64,000 bases of DNA, from the NCBI RefSeq assembly GCF_000143415.4, contig NW_003314271.1:3029913-3093912 (forward strand). Reading direction: 5' to 3'. Both the position numbers and the translations under genes were made by a program. Every line of letters starts with the position of its first letter. Position 1 is the first letter of the stretch. A model generated the notes under the pieces. The model was given only the letters and a program-made list of their open reading frames with translations, made no database searches and had not been told where the DNA came from. Below, piece by piece: positions 62,841 to 64,000 of this stretch. The DNA comes from Selaginella moellendorffii. Lineage: Eukaryota; Plantae; Lycopodiophyta.

Positions 62841-64000
62841 AGCGCATGAACATTTGTAACTCATGATAATAAGTTAATTCATTTGACGGAATGACGGAAT
62901 GTATGACGGAATGTTTCATTGTCAGATCGCAAACTTCCTTGACAAGAATGTATTGGCACTGAAAAAGGAGACAAGTAACCTGCTTGTTTCCCCAAGAAGC
63001 TGGAGAGATCGAGGAATTAAGAATTCTGAACAACTCGAGAAAGTAAGCAAAGATTTACTCATTTAACCTTGATAAAGACAAGCGGATCGAGTTTTTCACA
63101 TGGTCAGGCCGCACGCCTGGCTGGTAGGAAACGCAGAACAGACACAAACAAAAACACGTTTACCTTGGGGACTTTCATGTCCGACTAGTTGTTTGTTGAA
63201 TCCGTCCCCTTATGTCGGCATCCGAAGAAGAGATAGACGGAAGCAACCAGGTGAGGTACCAGCGCGTTTTGGACTTCTCATGAGGTACCTGGATCTCAGC
63301 TCCAACAATCTCACCACCATAGAAAGCTTGCTCCTACAAAACAATCGCCTGGATGCTGATCTATGTTTGCCTCCCTCCAAAGGTGTGCTACTTTGATGGA
63401 GGCGAGCTTTAACACTCTTGCCGGAGAACTCCCAGCGAAAACCATCACCTGATCCTCTGGGCATATAGTTTCGAGGGACATATTCCATCCGCTTTAGCAA
63501 CCTCGTCGACCTGCAAGACCTGTAATGGTTGAGCTCCATCTGAACAAATGGCGAGGGTAGGAAACATATTTATGGGGATAGATACGAAAAACAAATGTTT
63601 ACCTTGCCAGGAGCAGAATGTAGAAACAGACTGACGAAGTAGAACATCCAGCTTCAATGTGCGTGTCGGACTTACAGAGAAGGCCTGTGTCCTTAGAGTG
63701 CATCTATTGGCAAAGAGCTGAACAACAAACAGAGTTAGCAGATCAAAAGAATGCTACTGGTACCGTGATCGTTGTTAGTTGAATCAGCCCTCCAGGATTC
63801 AGTTCCTCCAAAGAAGAAACCACCACGTACGGCATCCCAAATGCTGTCGCTAAGCAGTGGGAGCCATTTACGTTGAAGCAAGCAGCTGCATCAGCAAACC
63901 AGCGAAGAGAAATTGCTCTACGTGGGAGTGTCCTGTGAGCTTGGGCCGCAGGTTACAAGCAATGATCGACTAAGCTCGATGAAGTCACTCATGATGCACT

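Larger units (their letters stand above)
60196..64000 (+). repeat. Direct segmental duplicate of 1-~3490 (offset ~60.5 kb)
   Basis: Colinear; nearly identical from the USP onward and more diverged upstream. Confidence 0.95.

Overview
Eukaryotic land-plant DNA, judged from 50-60 bp GT-AG introns, TTTAGGG repeats, a Cassandra TRIM and plant LRR remnants; the compact gene style suggests a lycophyte such as Selaginella (inference only). A small gene cassette occurs twice about 60.5 kb apart, at 1-5.3 kb and from 60.2 kb to the window end. It holds an intronless minimal ubiquitin-specific protease, a spliced minus-strand gene overlapping LRR remnants and, in the first copy, an intronless SP-repeat orphan gene. 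Between the copies lies about 55 kb of nested transposons: LTR elements with resolvable TSDs, a decayed Ty3/gypsy, a Cassandra TRIM, solo LTRs and decayed Mutator-like fragments. The main finding is a bounded ~11.9 kb Mutator-like element (MULE, ~29681-41540). It carries a GCM/WRKY-zinc-finger + DDE + SWIM transposase and a divergent spliced gene fusing a ParB/Srx-like domain to a bacterial-type beta-class N4-C/N6-A DNA methyltransferase fold. It also carries two intact paralogous zf-XS-like ORFs and a hairpin-rich GC island between the divergent genes. Both large genes have a few nonsense/frameshift lesions, so this copy is probably inactive but reconstructable. All domain calls are motif recognition by eye, with no database search.
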